Of a DNA stretch of 64,000 nt, positions 16,696-32,800 are shown one piece after another. Within the stretch, counting starts at the first letter, position 1, and each line of letters opens with the position of its first letter. The notes below the pieces were generated by a model that saw only the letters and a program-made list of their open reading frames with translations, ran no database searches and was not told the DNA's origin. The stretch is from Chrysomallon squamiferum (taxonomy: Eukaryota; Animalia; Mollusca). The position numbers were made by a program, and so were the translations under genes. The stretch covers positions 18,848,001 to 18,912,000 of the forward strand of contig CM022669.1 in the NCBI GenBank assembly GCA_012295275.1. Direction: 5' to 3'.

Positions 16696-17024
16696 TGTAT
16701 GTATGTATGTATGTATGTATGTATGTATGTATGTATATATATATATATATTGCAGTAAGATATATATGGATAGGCTGTTGATTTATTTTAGGTTCTAGAA
16801 CCAGATAAATTGCACAAAACTCGCAAACGATTACAGACACCCATACATATATGTGTATCTCTCTTTCGCTCTTTTTCTCTTTATATATATATATATAGAC
16901 ACAGTCACATACATGTGTGTTTATGTGTGTGTGCATAAACGCAGTACATACATACACGGAAAACAAAATAATAATAATAATAACAATAATAATAACATTA
17001 ATAATAACAATCATAATAATAATA

Positions 17025-17074
<50 letters not shown>

Positions 17075-17464
17075 GAAGAAGAAACTAATAATAATAACAA
17101 AAAGACAAACAAGGAAGCAAAAACAAAAAAACAAAACAAAAAGACAAACAAGGAAGCAAAAACACAAAAAACAAATCAAAAAGCAACAAACAAAACCAAT
17201 CAAACAAAAGGAATATTAAAAACACCTGATCATATTCTCAAATATTTCTGTTAATGTGTTTTTTTCATTATGAAATTTGAGAAGGATTTCACAACGTCAG
17301 TCACGTAGTCCTCAAGTCGTAACAGTGTCAGCGAGTTACGTGCAGGTATCCCCGCGGCTGTTACAACGTCTCTCGAAACACAGTGAGCGATTCAGAATTA
17401 TTCCATTGTTGAATAAGTACCTTTTACTTTGCAAATATATATGTATATATAATGATGATGATGA

Positions 17465-17548
<84 letters not shown>

Positions 17549-18123
17549 ATGATGAGCGATAATAATAATAAATAAATAAACATTAAAATGTTACCTGTTA
17601 TCTGAATCAACGTGTTCTGTAATGCACACTTCACACGTAAATTTAAATGGCGTCTTTGGTCATGGAAATAGAATAGCTGTGATTGTCATTTGTATTATGT
17701 CGGCTGGTGAAGACGAAGATGATGATAATGCTGGTTATGATGATGATGGTCGTGATGGTGATGATTGTTGTGATGGTTCTAGTGATGATGATGATGGTAA
17801 TAATGGTAATGACATGATAATGGTTGTGATCGTGGTAATGATGATGATGATGGTCACAATGATAAAGGTATGCTAATGATGTATGAAGAATTATCATTTG
17901 TGTTAGCATGTTTAGAGTTATGATTACGATATTAGATAAAAGTCTGTCTTTAATTTCAAGCATGTTATTATGATTATTATTATTATTTTGAGGCGATGGG
18001 CACACGTGTTCATCATACACACACACACACACACATACACACCCACACTCACACGCACACAGATAAATGCACTTTAAGATACACGCATTTTGAAATACTG
18101 AACAAGATTCAATAATTCTTTAA

Positions 18124-18154
<31 letters not shown>

Positions 18155-18796
18155 TGTTCTTAAATTTAATGAAATCTGGGTTCGGTGAATCACCGTCACA
18201 GACCGCAATGATGATGAAAAGACTTCTGTTAATTATGTAGAGTCATTTGTGGCCCGGAGAAACTGGGTCGCCCAAGAATTCTGTTCGCAAAAGAAGAACA
18301 CTTCGGAATCAGCTGGAGCCTGGAAGTTAATTCCGCTTGCGTTGTAACGTGATCTGAGGATTGGTTTTAACACGGCGAAAATAGATTTAAAAGTTTATGT
18401 CTTATGGTGTTTGTTTACAAAGAGATGGCCGTAGATGGTTAGAGGCAGACGGCACTTTCACGAAATACTTGAATCAACATTTGTCAAAGTGAGAGCAGAC
18501 GCGGTTTGTGCATTTAACGTCACTGGTTAATTCGGTTTTGTAAACGCGAATAACATTTAGACAAAATGGTGGATTTTTGAAAAATAAATTAATTGTTGTT
18601 TTTTTTTAAATTATTTTTTTATTTTTTTATTTTGTTGTTGTTGTTCTTGTTTTATAAGCTCATTGACTTTTCCTAAGAGTGTTTGGGTGCAGTAATGAAT
18701 ACAATTGTTTTTGTGTTAATATCTTTTTGTTGTTGTTGTTGTTATTATTAATATTATTATTATTATTATAATAATAATAATAATAATTATTATTAT

Positions 18797-18864
<68 letters not shown>

Positions 18865-19607
18865 TTTTATTATTTTTATTTTTTTAAATTGTATATAAGT
18901 TTATTTATTATTGGTAGTGGCAATAGTAATAGAAGCTGTAGAAATTGTAGAAGTAGCAGTAGCAGACGTAGTATAAAGTAGTCTTGTTGCTAAAGCATTT
19001 ATTTATATTCTTATTTATTATATTTTTGTATTATTTATTTATTTACTGAGAATATAAAACAGTTTTTGATTTTAATTTTGTTTTCTAATTATTGTTACTG
19101 TTGTTGTAAGACATATCACTGACGCAGTTTACTTTTGTTTCGTGCAACCTTGAACTACTGTTTGTATGTATTTATGTAAGTATGTGTATGTGTGGGTTTA
19201 TATAACATAAAAGTAGATAGGACACAGAAACAGACAAGAGGTTGTTAGTAAGTTGTTTTAAATCATGGATATACGTAACAAGGTTAATTAAAAAATCGTC
19301 GTTATGAAATCTGTTAAGATATTCTAATTCTGTGTTCTCTGTAGAATTACTTGTTTGAATATGTGTCTATGTGAATATTTCGCGATCGTAAAAAATACAA
19401 TATTTGTTAATAGAAAACTTATCACAGAAAAGTAATAGTAAGGACAATATTCATGATTTAATGACGATGACGATGATGAATACGATAATAACAACAATAA
19501 CAATATTAATAAAAATAATAACATTAATAATAACAATAACAAAATTTAAAAAAACAAAAACAATAACAATAATAATAAGGTGAATTAGGAGGAAGAGGAG
19601 CTTAATA

Positions 19608-19642
<35 letters not shown>

Positions 19643-20724
19643 AATTAATCACTGAGTTTATATTTTTTAAGAATCAGCTGGTATCATTGTAACTGTTTTT
19701 GTTGTTTATTTGTGATGATGTTAGCAAAACTAATCAGCTAATTTTTATTTTTTTTTTTTTTAATTTTAATTTCTTTACGTTCTTTTGAAAACAAAACTCT
19801 AAAACAAGCAACAGCAACAGCAACACAGCAGTAACAACAACAACAGTAATAACAATTACCACCACCACAACAACTACAACAATAACAACATCTACAACAA
19901 TAACAAATACAGCAACAACAACAACAATAACAATATCTACATACTTAATAAATATAACAGTAACGACTACAACAACAACAATAGTAATAAAATGCCAGAT
20001 TCATTCAGATAAAAAGCGATGACATTCTCAAAACTAACCAGCCAATTTTTATTTTCTGTTTTCTTTACGCTCTTTTCAAAACAAAACTCTAAAACAAGAT
20101 AAAAACATGCTTGAACCTAAGAATCACTACAACAACGACGCCGTTGGCTTCACTGACTGTCTCAATTGCATATTTGCACCATGCAGAAGTATTTAAAAAA
20201 GGAATCTTCAGCCTTGTCTAGCACAATCTTCTTTTGTTAACAGTTCTGCACTTTCCATGAACTCATGGCAGTTAGAATAAAACGTGCGTTAAATAGCAAT
20301 AAAAATCTTTGTTCAATCAGAACTCAGTTCTTTCTGTTATAAACATTTTTAGGTTAATTTTTTTTTTTTTTTTTTTTTTTTCTACAGCGGGTTATTTTAC
20401 CAAGTGACAGCTTGGAATATATATATATATATATATCTTGATGAAAAGACAATATTTTCCCGCGTTTATAAGTTCAATCGAGGAGATGTGATCTTCTGAA
20501 TTCGTTATTCCTGAATCATTTGAAATGAAAAATAAAGAATAAAAACATATTCATATTAGTTTTTCATCTTGAAACTGAGAGCACTCGTTTGTATCAAGTT
20601 TCATGATGTTCCATCAATAAAATGTCGTTAATAATAGCTTATTTTATGTATCTGTGTGAATGTATGTATGTGTGTGTATATACAGATAGACAGACAGACA
20701 AGCAGACAGAAAAATAGATAGATT

Positions 20725-20898
<174 letters not shown>

Positions 20899-21359
20899 GA
20901 TGGACAGATAGATAGACAGACATAGGTTTGTGGTGTTTCATATCATTTGTAATTAAAATAAAATAAATAAAACATTAGTAAAGTTGCTAGTTACACGGAG
21001 AACTGAAACTGTGACAAATTAGTAAAAGTTCTGCGACAGCTTCTGTTACGTGCTGGTGTGGTTGTTACGCTGTAGGAAGGATAGACGGTGATCGAACGTC
21101 ATGTCACGGATTCCGTAGACGTTCTGACATGATATCGACTTTGCTTTTGCGGTTTATCGGTAATTTTACATGATTGCGTCAGCATAAAGAATATGCATTT
21201 ACGTAAAACACACACACACACACATGCAGATACACAGACAAGCCCACATACATATATCATATATATATGTGTATGTGTGTATCTGTGTATCTGTGTATGT
21301 GTATAACATATATACATACATACATACATACATACATAGATACATACAAAGATACATAT

Positions 21360-21400
<41 letters not shown>

Positions 21401-21464
21401 AACACATATATACATACGTACATACAGAGAGAAAGAAAGAAGGAAAGAGAACAGAGTATTTCTT

Positions 21465-21560
21465 GATGGTTAAGTGCCATACGTTCGAGTCTCGTCAGCG
21501 GCATCTGACGGGTTTTGTGAGGTCGTGATTGAACTTTGTCCTCCTGCGCCAGTGCGTACC
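21465..21560 (+). mobile_element. Degenerate tRNA-derived SINE head
   Basis: A-box-like tggttaag followed by B-box-like gttcgagtc, then a ccagtgc core-like segment. Confidence 0.45.
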
Positions 21561-24500
21561 CGAATATTGTCTATGTGTAAGTTTAATCAGACGTACATAA
21601 GTCAGAGAATACTCAAAATCTTAAAATAATAAATCCCAGAGTAAAAAATAGATAGACGGACGGAAGGATTGATGGATATGCATTAATATCACACGAACTT
21701 TAAAGATTTGCAAAAAGTAACGGTATTGGATAACGTGACCACAGGATCGTTTAAATAGTTTATTATTATTACTAGCATCTCGTTTCTTTTCGTGATATCA
21801 TGTAATGAACTGTTCTTGAATAAATCTGAACATTCCCTGAAGCTTATTAATCATATAAAACATATTAATATCATATCATTAAAAAAACAAATTTTTTAAA
21901 AAGTTTCATTGGAATAAGAAGTATTGTAAAAAGATGTGACATTTTCTCGTTTCTGTTTTTTACTTTTATTTTCAAAGTCAAACCTTTTACTCTTGGCGAT
22001 TTTATCTTCAAGAAAGAATATGTGATGAAATTTGTGTATTAATATTGGTGTTTTAGTAAGTTTGTGTGTTTATGTATGAATGTATGTACGTACGTACGTA
22101 TGTAGTATGTATGTGTGTCTGTATGTATGTATGTATATATGTATGTATGTATGTATATATGTGTGTATGTATGTATGTATGTATGTATGTATGCACGTAT
22201 GTATGTGTGCGTGTATGTATGTATGTCTATATATATATTGTAAAATATGTTTATATGCATGCTTTCATGTGTTATATGAGCATTCCTAATTTTACGTGTA
22301 TATGTTTGTGTATGTGTGTGCGCGTGTGCGTGCGTGTGCGTGTATGTGTGTGAATATATACTGAGAATCATTCTGTAAGCTATGAGCCACAAACCAGCTC
22401 TCGCATTTCAGCTGATCACAGAAGACAGGTTTTATTCTAAGTGCCAGGAGTTCATGGAAAACGTAAAGCTGTTTTGTCAACGAAAGAAGGTTGTGATGCA
22501 CAGGGCTAATGATTCCGTCTATAAATACGTCTGCATCGTGCTGACACATGCAGTTGAGACACTCAGCGAAGCCAACGGCGTCGTCGTCTACAGTCTTTTA
22601 GGTTCAAGCATGTTTTTATCTTGTTTTAGAGTTTTGTCTTGAAAAGAGCGTAAAGAAAACAGAAATTAAAAATTGGCTGGTTCGTTTTGAGAATGTCATC
22701 GCTTTTTTCATGAATGAATCTAGCGTTATTATTGTTGTTGTTGTTGTAGTCGTTACTGTTGTTTTTATTACTTACGTAGATATTGTTATCGTTGTTATAG
22801 CTGTTGTAGATGTTATTGTTGTAGTTGTTTTTATTATTGTTGTTGTTACTGTTGTTGTTATTCTTGTTGCTTTTGTTATTGTTGTAGTTGTAATTATTAT
22901 TGTTGTAGATGTTGTAGTTGTTTCTGTTGAAGATATTGTTATTGTTTTTATAGCTGTTGTTGTTGACGACGTCGTTGTTAACAACACTTATAATATAGCT
23001 ACTGTTATGTATTAGAGAAGAAACGGCTTGGCTAGCAAAATTAAAACTACTAAACCCTCATCATCAGTCAAGTGACAGTTTCGCGTTCTCACGCCAGAAA
23101 CCAATTTGTTTTTAATTTTGTCACAAGACTTGCAATTAACTCACACGATCTTTGCCATTGTGGACAGCAATTAATTCACAGGTAGTACGAGTATGAACAC
23201 GATTCAGATCACTGGATTAAGGACAGTAATTAACAATAATTAACCTATATATTCCAGTAGTATATGATTTGCCCTTAACATACTCGATCATGGTTAATAC
23301 GGAGAAATAATTTACACTTTCCGTCGTGGCAATAAATACTGTTTTTATCGTGGTCTATGGAAAACAGTTAAGTTATTTAGATCGTGTTTAGTGTGGGTAA
23401 CGCTACCATTATTCGTGTATTGTTTGTACAGACAGGAAAATTAATTTACTTGGCTAGTGCCAGACAGTGAAACAATTAAATACTCGATCCCTAATGGACC
23501 GCTTTCAAACAAATAATTATAAAAAGAAAAGAAAAAAAAACAAAACAGTATCGTCACAGGAAATGTTTTAATTTCTGTCTCAAAGTATTGTTTTCATTGT
23601 TTTCTTGTCCAGAATTTCCTGTTGTTATTCTACGTGAATTATTGTTTCGATGAAACAGACTGGATTTAATTGTTGTTTTCTTAATTATTTTGTCTGTTTT
23701 TTTTTGTTTTTTTGTTGCTTGTCACCAAATATAACTGTATCCTTTAGTTAGATCAAACACGATTTCTAACAGTAGCTAGATCTGTAGAGATTTTATCACT
23801 TTCATTCGCAAAAACAGTCAGAAGAAACGGTTTAATATAGGCTTACAACAATGGATATAGGCTATTCTGGGCGTTCTTTATACTTCCTGTGATAAACAAC
23901 AACAAAAAAAAAAAAATAATAATAACAATAAAAAAGACGACAAAAGAAACGCCTGACATTTAAACAGAAAGAAGTAGCTGTATCAGAGTATAATGACTTG
24001 TTATGGAAAGGAAAATCCTACAGTATCTGACTTCAGCGTAATCACACTGCAATTTCCCATAATTATTGTTCTCGTGCTGATGCGAAACATCGATTTTTTA
24101 TTTTATTTTATTTTTATTTTATTTTATTCTATTCTATTCTATTTTATTTTATTTTATTTTATTTTATTTTATTTTATTTTATTTTATTTTATTTTTATTT
24201 TATTTTATTTTATTTTATTTTATTTTTATTATTTTTAACATATACTTTTTTATTTTATTTCTTTTGCTGTTGTTGTTTTTGTGGATTTTTTTCTTTTCAC
24301 TTTCACTCTCTGTCTGTCTGTCTTTCTTTCTATAAATGCGGTTGTACATACATACAGATATATGTATGCGCACTCATAGATTGATAAATGCATACATACA
24401 TAGAGACATACATACACACACATTGATGCATACATATATATTACACACTTACGCACATACAGAAACATACATACATACATACATACACAGACACAGACAC

Positions 24501-24694
24501 ACCTACATATAAACATACATACACACATACATACATCATCCTGTTCGTTATTTTTTGCCAACTAAATATTTAAGTTAATAATACAGCCTTTAAAAAAATT
24601 CCATTTTAGTCAAATCACAGTTTTATGTCAGCGTTATTGCCAGGCATTGTATTACTAATTAAAGAGCTGATGTAAGCAATAGTAGTAGTAGTGA

Positions 24695-24830
24695 TATTAC
24701 GTTCCAACCACTGCAACTGGTTTATAAAAAGCGATGGCAGATGCTGTCTCTGCTAGGTTATTACTGATAGAAATAAGAACTAAGATTTATTCCTTGTTCA
24801 CTGAAGGCTGTGGTAAGTGCTGTCTTGTTA
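24695..24830 (+). mobile_element. SINE core fragment, same family as 53070-53290
   Basis: cgttccaaccactgcaactggtttataaaaagcgatgg...ggctgtggtaagtgctgtcttgt resembles the reverse complement of 53140-53200. Confidence 0.5.
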
Positions 24831-25902
24831 ATTTGAATAACAGTTATTTTACGATAAGGTTATTGTTTATTACAGTTCACTAGTAACCACTGCAAACACT
24901 GAGTTATCATAATTATTACTGGCCAGATCAATAGTGTATCCGAATAACTAATTAGATGTTCTTGTATGGCTTACCGTGATCACGTGACAAATATAAATGC
25001 TAGCAAATCAAATAATAAAAAAAAAATCTTAGTACTTACTTTATTCAAAGGATTTTTTAATATTAAAATTATATTTATAGAAACTTTGACGAGAAGAATA
25101 GATTTCGCGAGATATGATGCATACTTTTTCCACTTTAAGATGTGAAATGAAGATAGGGTTTAGAAAATAAATAAATAAATAAATAAAACGAAAGAAGTTT
25201 AAAATAGTCTTAACTATTATTAATTCTATTGTTCCTGTTTCTCATTTCTGACTGCTATTAGTAGTAGAAAAAATAGGAACAGAAATGGTAATATATATGA
25301 ATATAAATATGTGTGTGTGTTTATATATACTACCAGAGCTGATATATGTGTGTGTATAGTAGCTGTATTATTATTAGTAGTAGCAGTAGTAGCAGTATTA
25401 GTAGTAGCAGTAGTAGCAGTATCCGTAGTAGTAGTAGTAGTAGTAGCAGCAACAAATAATAAATTGCCGTACTAGAAATAGCAATGGTTGTGGTAGTTGT
25501 AGTAGTTGTTGTTGTAGTAATACTAGCTGTTACAGACACTGTTATAGGGAAATGGTCGGCGTCGTAGTGTAGTAGTAAATTACATAACTATATATAACAG
25601 ATTTTACTTACTGACATTACAAGACAAACACAAAAAGAAAAACAAAAATAAATTTTCTGAAAGGTAATATCCATGAAAAGTTACAAAGGCAATATGAAGC
25701 TTTGATACTGGATTAATTATAACTTTTGTGTATTTCTCTTTATAACTATCTGACTTTTTTATTATTATTATTTTTTTAGTGATTAAGTTCGTTCAGTGCA
25801 TCGGTTAATGAGTAAAATGTGTGTGTATGTGTGTATGTGTGTGTTTAACTGATACATAGAACAAACGTAATCACATAAACACACACACACATATATATAT
25901 AC

Positions 25903-26005
<103 letters not shown>

Positions 26006-26064
26006 ACCTTCTGGTTTATAAACATCATCATCATCATCATCATCATTATTATTATTATTATTAC

Positions 26065-26130
<66 letters not shown>

Positions 26131-26896
26131 CATCATAGTTGTTATTATTGTTGGCTAATTTTTTTATGCTGCATAAACAGTATAAAAAAAAAAAATGCAT
26201 TCCAATAACAAAAAATGAATAATGAAATGTAAAAATAAAGAAAAGTTGTAAAAACAAAAAATGAAATGTAAAAAGTCATCAAATTAAAGAAATGTTTCAG
26301 AAAAAAAAAATAAAAAATAATAAAAAAGAACAAAGAGGAAAAAACCGCATTAACGATGATATAAAAATAATAATTAGAAAACAAAAAAGAAAACGAGAAA
26401 GAAATAAAGACACTAATTACCAGTGGAGTTGTGTACATAAATAAAACACGACTGTTATTAAACGAAGAATTACACTCTTAGATCTAAGTAAACCAACAAC
26501 AAAAACAAGAAGAAAACAGAAAGCCAGGAAGTTTCTGAAACTATGACTCAAACTAATATTCCACCAGATAATTTTCTTTTTTTCTTTTTTGTATTGCATT
26601 TCTTTTTTCTTACTTAATGATCAGTGACAGTCTTTGTTAAAACCAGCTCTTTGTTATAAACTTTCTTTTCTTTTCTTTTCATTTTTTAAATATTTTTTAT
26701 TTGTTTTGTTTTTTTTTGGCCTAAATCTTACTCGGATTTAATCACCTCTTTTCATGCTATTTTGAGAAATAACAATGGACTTCAGATACAAATCTTTTTG
26801 AGAAAAACCATTTGTAAGGATCTGAAACTCTGAGGTCTTAATACATAGTTTGTGAAACAAATTCGCTCAAACATTAACAAAAAATTAATAATAATG

Positions 26897-26927
<31 letters not shown>

Positions 26928-27469
26928 AAACAATAACTACAACAACAACAATAAAAATCATATTGATGAACAACATGGCGATGACGACTATGACGTCACT
27001 ACAAAAATACTGCAATAATAATAATAATTAAATAATAATAATAATTAAATAATAATAATAATAATAATAATAACAGTTGTGAAAAAGTCAAGAAACAAGA
27101 AAAAGCGACAATACGAACGGGAAGACAAAGGAATCGATAACAAAGAGATCAAAAGAAATCATCAGAAATAACAAGAAAGGATCGAAAAATGCGAAATTTG
27201 CGAAAAGATGAAAACTGCCATCATTACAGTGAAATGATTAAATCTTTTTTCCAGAGGATCTGGTGTTTCATCAAAAAGAAAACCAAACATAAAAGTTAAA
27301 TAAAAAATATAAAAGTGTGGGAGATAGGATGAAAGAACAGAAATATTTATTATTTCTGATTTAACACCTGCATTTATCATTTATTAAGTAGCAGTATAGA
27401 TGTATGTATATGTATGTATAGTTAGATAGATAAATAGATAAACAGGTATATAGATAGATAGATAGATAG

Positions 27470-27508
<39 letters not shown>

Positions 27509-27586
27509 CAGATAGACAGACAGACAGACGGATAAAAGTAGATTTAGACATAGGTATGTGTGAAATTTTGTATGTGTGTGCCTGTG

Positions 27587-27655
<69 letters not shown>

Positions 27656-27682
27656 TACTTTCGGTTTTAATAATTAATTAAT

Positions 27683-27713
<31 letters not shown>

Positions 27714-27873
27714 TTGTAAATTTATTTATTTGTTTTAGCAGTAGGTTTTAACAGTTTAATTTGTCTTATTACCAGAACTATCCTTATCAGACTGAGTCAG
27801 GAGGGAAATTTACTGAACTGTTTAGAATCCATAAAACTAAAACGTTACATCATTCATAGATAAAAATATATAT

Positions 27874-27961
<88 letters not shown>

Positions 27962-28454
27962 GTAACATAATAGAATTTTGCTAATAAAGATTTTACAATT
28001 TGAATTTGAACAGCCGTGTCACGTTTTTCCCAACTGCAACATACATAAATAACATGCACATAACATAAACAACATATCTGTATTATTTCTCTTTTGTTAT
28101 TCTGCGCAAAACTTCGGAACGTTGTGACGTAAGATATATACGTATGACCTAATTTCATTTCATTATTTACGTGATTTTTGTTTTCTTTTCACATTGTTTC
28201 TCACCATCGTGTGAATGTACGAACATGTAACACAAGTCCTCTCAGCTGGGAAAATTCACATTTGTCAAACGTCTACTGTTACTGCGTAATTTTTATATAA
28301 ACAGATTAAATATTTCTGATAATTCGATTATTCTAGATAATGTAATGTTATATTAAGTTATGTACTCGTCATGTCGTTTTAACTTCTGTTATTATGTTTA
28401 ATAAAATATATGGATATATATATGTGTATATCAAGATATACTGGATCAATAATA

Positions 28455-28720
28455 ATATAATATATTAATAATGCAATATAATATAATATAATGTAATGTA
28501 ATGTAACGTAATGTAACATAATGTAACGTAATGTAACGTAATATAATGTAATATATAATGTAATGTAACGTAATGTAACGTAATATAATGTAATATATAA
28601 TGTAATGTAACGTAATGTAACGTAATATAATGTAATATATAATGTAATGTAACGTGATATGATATAATGTAATATAGTCCAATGCACTTTAATATAATGC
28701 AACATAACGTAACATAGCCG
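28455..28720. repeat. TAATG/TAACG/TAATA pentamer satellite with a 42-bp higher-order unit
   Basis: Unit taatgtaatgtaacgtaatgtaacgtaatataatgtaatata, about 3 copies; seen as a 14-aa period in the spurious ORFs here. Confidence 0.9.
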
Positions 28721-29741
28721 TACGTAGCACAATATGGCAATAAAGCCACGTGAATATTTGACTAAATACGACTCAAGCATGTTTCAGATGCAACTCTCTA
28801 GCAAGGTCAGAGATTGTGTTTAATCAGTTCTCTGAAGGAAAAGAACATGCACCAGACGAACTTACTACACACTTAAAGTCTTAAAAGACTTGGGCTTACA
28901 AGGCGAGAGTCTGATTTATCTGTATTGCAAGAGTGCTAGTGTGTTAGCGAGTTAGACAGAAGGGAAACAGCAGTAATACATGTTCCTGGTTAACTCTTAG
29001 TATAAATTTTACTGAAAGATAATTCTATAGCTTATTACGTTTTAAATTATATAACTCAGCCACTGCGAAATCAATGCCTACATAAACTACGAGAGTCTTT
29101 TGTAAATAAAAAATATATCTTTACCAGGGAGGCGATTACGTTGACGGTTAGATTACATTTCACCAATTATTTATTGATAAAGTATCTTCACCGAGAGGCG
29201 ATCCTTTTGTCTGCTAGTCCTAAACTGCAGAAGAGCTTGGACAGAAATTGCGACTTGCGAGGTAATGATTAGAAACTGAATAGTTCAACTTGAATCACCA
29301 CAGCTGCACTGTAACGAACCCGTGGCCGAACAAAACTGCAGCCTAGAAGCGATTTCCTCGTTTTTTTCTGAGAGAGAACCGTGTCTGAAGATGTTTCTGC
29401 AAGAGACGTCGATACAGCAGTCGTGTAAATGAAACGTGTAGAAACAATTTACGCTGATGAAGTCTTACAGATAGGATGTAAGATCGATTCCTTCATTAGG
29501 GTGTTTCTGTTGTTTCTTTTTTACCATTTTTTTTTTGCATTGAAAAAACCCACTTTAATTATTGTGTTGGTGTTATTTTAACTGGAAAAGATTTCTTAAT
29601 GGTAGCCGACAGTTGATTTGGAAAGTAATTGGCTGGATGGTTGTTATTTCAACTGATGTTATCGAGTGAAAATGTGTGTACTTTATTTGTGAACATGTAC
29701 TCTTGTTATTCTGTCTGTCGTACTGACAATATTTATTTATT

Positions 29742-29834
<93 letters not shown>

Positions 29835-32800
29835 CCTCCCTCCCTCCCTCTCTCTCTCTGTCTGGCCTTGTCCTTCAGTATATAATCTCTTTTCTTTTCT
29901 CACTCTTCTCATATTGTACTACTAGCCAATCGAAACCTTCAACTATAATACAGCCAAGATTTATTGTTTACTATCTAGACTTAAAGGCTATAATCATATC
30001 ATACGATAGAAATAAAAATGACAATATTTCCCATTTTCATTATATCAAGTTACATGATGTATATAAATAAAGTGTTTAATGTTCTCTCCTTCAGTTTCAT
30101 TTCAAAACAGATTAACGAGTACTTCTTAGTAAAAGAAAAACTAATCACATTTTAAATTTTGCTTTCACATGAAAGCGTTCACACTGATTCGCATATTCAG
30201 CGTTTCCTTTGTTTTATTTTATTTTCTTTACTTTTTTCTTTATATTTTTTTAACTCCTTTCATTTATTATTATTTTTCTACATTTATTTACTATTCTATT
30301 TGTGTTTTTATTTCTTTTCACGTCCATTCATTTATACCTTTATACAATTTTAACTGTAAATTACTTTATTTTACTTAAATAATTTCATTTTACTGTACTT
30401 TACTTTAATTCACTTCATCTGACTTAGAATTACTTTATTTTGTTTCTTTTAAATTTCTTTATTTTACTTAACATTCACTGACTTTGTTTCAGTATGCTTT
30501 AAATTTCTTTATTCTACTTTATTTTACTTTTTTTACTTTTGTTTACTTTATTTTAAATTACTTAACTCCTTTTTACTTTATCCGTTATATTTTATTTCAT
30601 TTAACTCTATTCGCCTTTGTTTCGTTTCTCCTCGAACTAATCTAATTCATTTTATTTTTATTTTTATTTCACTCGTTTCTTATCACTTTATCTTAAATTA
30701 AATTTGTTTTACTTTATTTCGTTATAATTAATTTTATTTCTTTCATTTCTTTATTTGAAATCCACTTTACTTGAAGTTCAGACCACTGCACCATTAGCTT
30801 TTATTTACTTTCCTCAAATTTAGATTCCTTAATTCATTTTATTTTATTTTATTTTGTTATCGCTATCCAAAATCTTACTCCTCTTTTGTTATACAAGCAA
30901 ATACATCAAAACGTCCACTTCTTTTTTTTTTTTTTTTTTTTTACTAACTTTTGAAAAGTGCAAAAATCTCAGAAATCGACAAAAGTAACTGAAAGACGTG
31001 AAGACATAAAAAGTGACTTTATGCTGGGTCGAATTTTCTCTCTTCTTTGCTTTTTTTTTTTTTTTTTTTTTATTTATTTTTTTTTTTTTTTTCTTGTTCT
31101 CAAAAAATCAAGAAAAAAAAAATAAATAAAAGATTAACAGGAAATGTTTATAGAAGAGATTAACGAAGACGCTATTACGATTATTTTGACATTTATTTTA
31201 TTTTTTATTTTATTTTTTTTTTTTTTTATTTAAACATAGAATAACGGGTTCATCACGTTCTCTGGTTATTGAACATTGATATCAAATATTCACACCAAGA
31301 TGAACTCAGCGACTATGAATACAACTGCATTCTTGTAAAAAGTGTAAAACGTTGGACTGTTATTATTATTATCTTTATTCTGACAGGAGTATTCTGTTTA
31401 AGAACCTCGTACAATGAAAAGTGACAGTAAGATTAACATATCGCACACTGGAAATGTTTCAGTACATCAGTATAGTGTTTCAAACAGAGATCTGTTAATT
31501 CATCACGTTAATAGTGTTTCTTTTCTACTAGCTCTACTTGTCATTTTGGGGTAGCAGTATTTTTTATGACCATTTACTATTATTACAACTACCACTTTTA
31601 TTACATCTATTATTATTATTATTGCTATTACTACCACTACTGATATTACTATTGCATATATTTCTACTACTGTTCTGTTATTTCTATTACAACTACAATT
31701 ACTTCTTCTATTACAACTTCTGTTACTGTTAGTATTATTACTGACATTAGTATTAAGCATAATACTATTACTATTATTACTACCACTAATATTATCACTA
31801 CTATTACTATTACGACTACAATTACTATTACCACTGTTACAAATACTACTATTGCTACTACTACTACTACTACTACTGCCACTACTACTACTAATTATTA
31901 TTATTATTATTTATATTATTTTCATTATCTTTTTCATCATCATCATTATTACTATCATCATCAAAATCATCATCATTATCATTCTTATTATTATTTTCAA
32001 CATCATATTCATCAACGTCATTATTATTATTACATCATCATCATTATTACTATCATCATCATCATCATCACCATTATTATTATTACTATTATTATTATTA
32101 TTATTTAACACAAACAACAGATATCACTTTGTGCTGTTCTGCGCATGATCCGTCTTACTGCCGCTAAAGATGCTTCACATCAGACGACGATTCTAGAAAG
32201 GAAAATTAGCCAGTTGGATGATTCAGTATTCCGCCTGCACGACTACGCTGCACCTACACACACTTACCAAGCTAGGCGTGAAATGAATAAGGCGAATAAA
32301 ATGTTGTTTTTCTTTTATGTACAGAGTCAGATATTCAGCAAAAGTTATGTGATAACTGCAAGCAATAACGTCAGAAATCCTTCTCCAGTCAACGACAATT
32401 TCACACTGTTTATCAGCTGTCTGAAATCGGCGCGAGAACTGCAAGGGAGATTACCAGATTAATAGATTTTTGTCTTCGCGTAATCTTCGTGACTTTCTCC
32501 GGAGTGAGTGAGTGGGTTTGCTTCAAGTCTTCGCGTAGCCTTCAGCTGTACAAACGACACGTGTCCTTGGAAGATGTTCAACCATTGATAATGTGTTAAT
32601 TTAAAGTGTGAAAATAAAACCCTCTCTGTTATTTAATTTATATTTTCAGTTCAAAGGGCCAAATTTTTTTTTTCTTTTAAACAAATAAAGAGATTGTTAT
32701 TATTATTTTCATATTTTTTAAATAAGGCAGGATATTTTACTACTTTTTTTTTAAAAATTATTATTATTATTATTAATATTATGATTATTGCGTGTGTGTG

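Noticed and set aside
32145-32462. 105-aa ORF in non-repetitive sequence (also 42008-42313 and 49510-49974)
   Set aside because: No recognisable protein similarity or exon signals; more likely unique non-coding islands.
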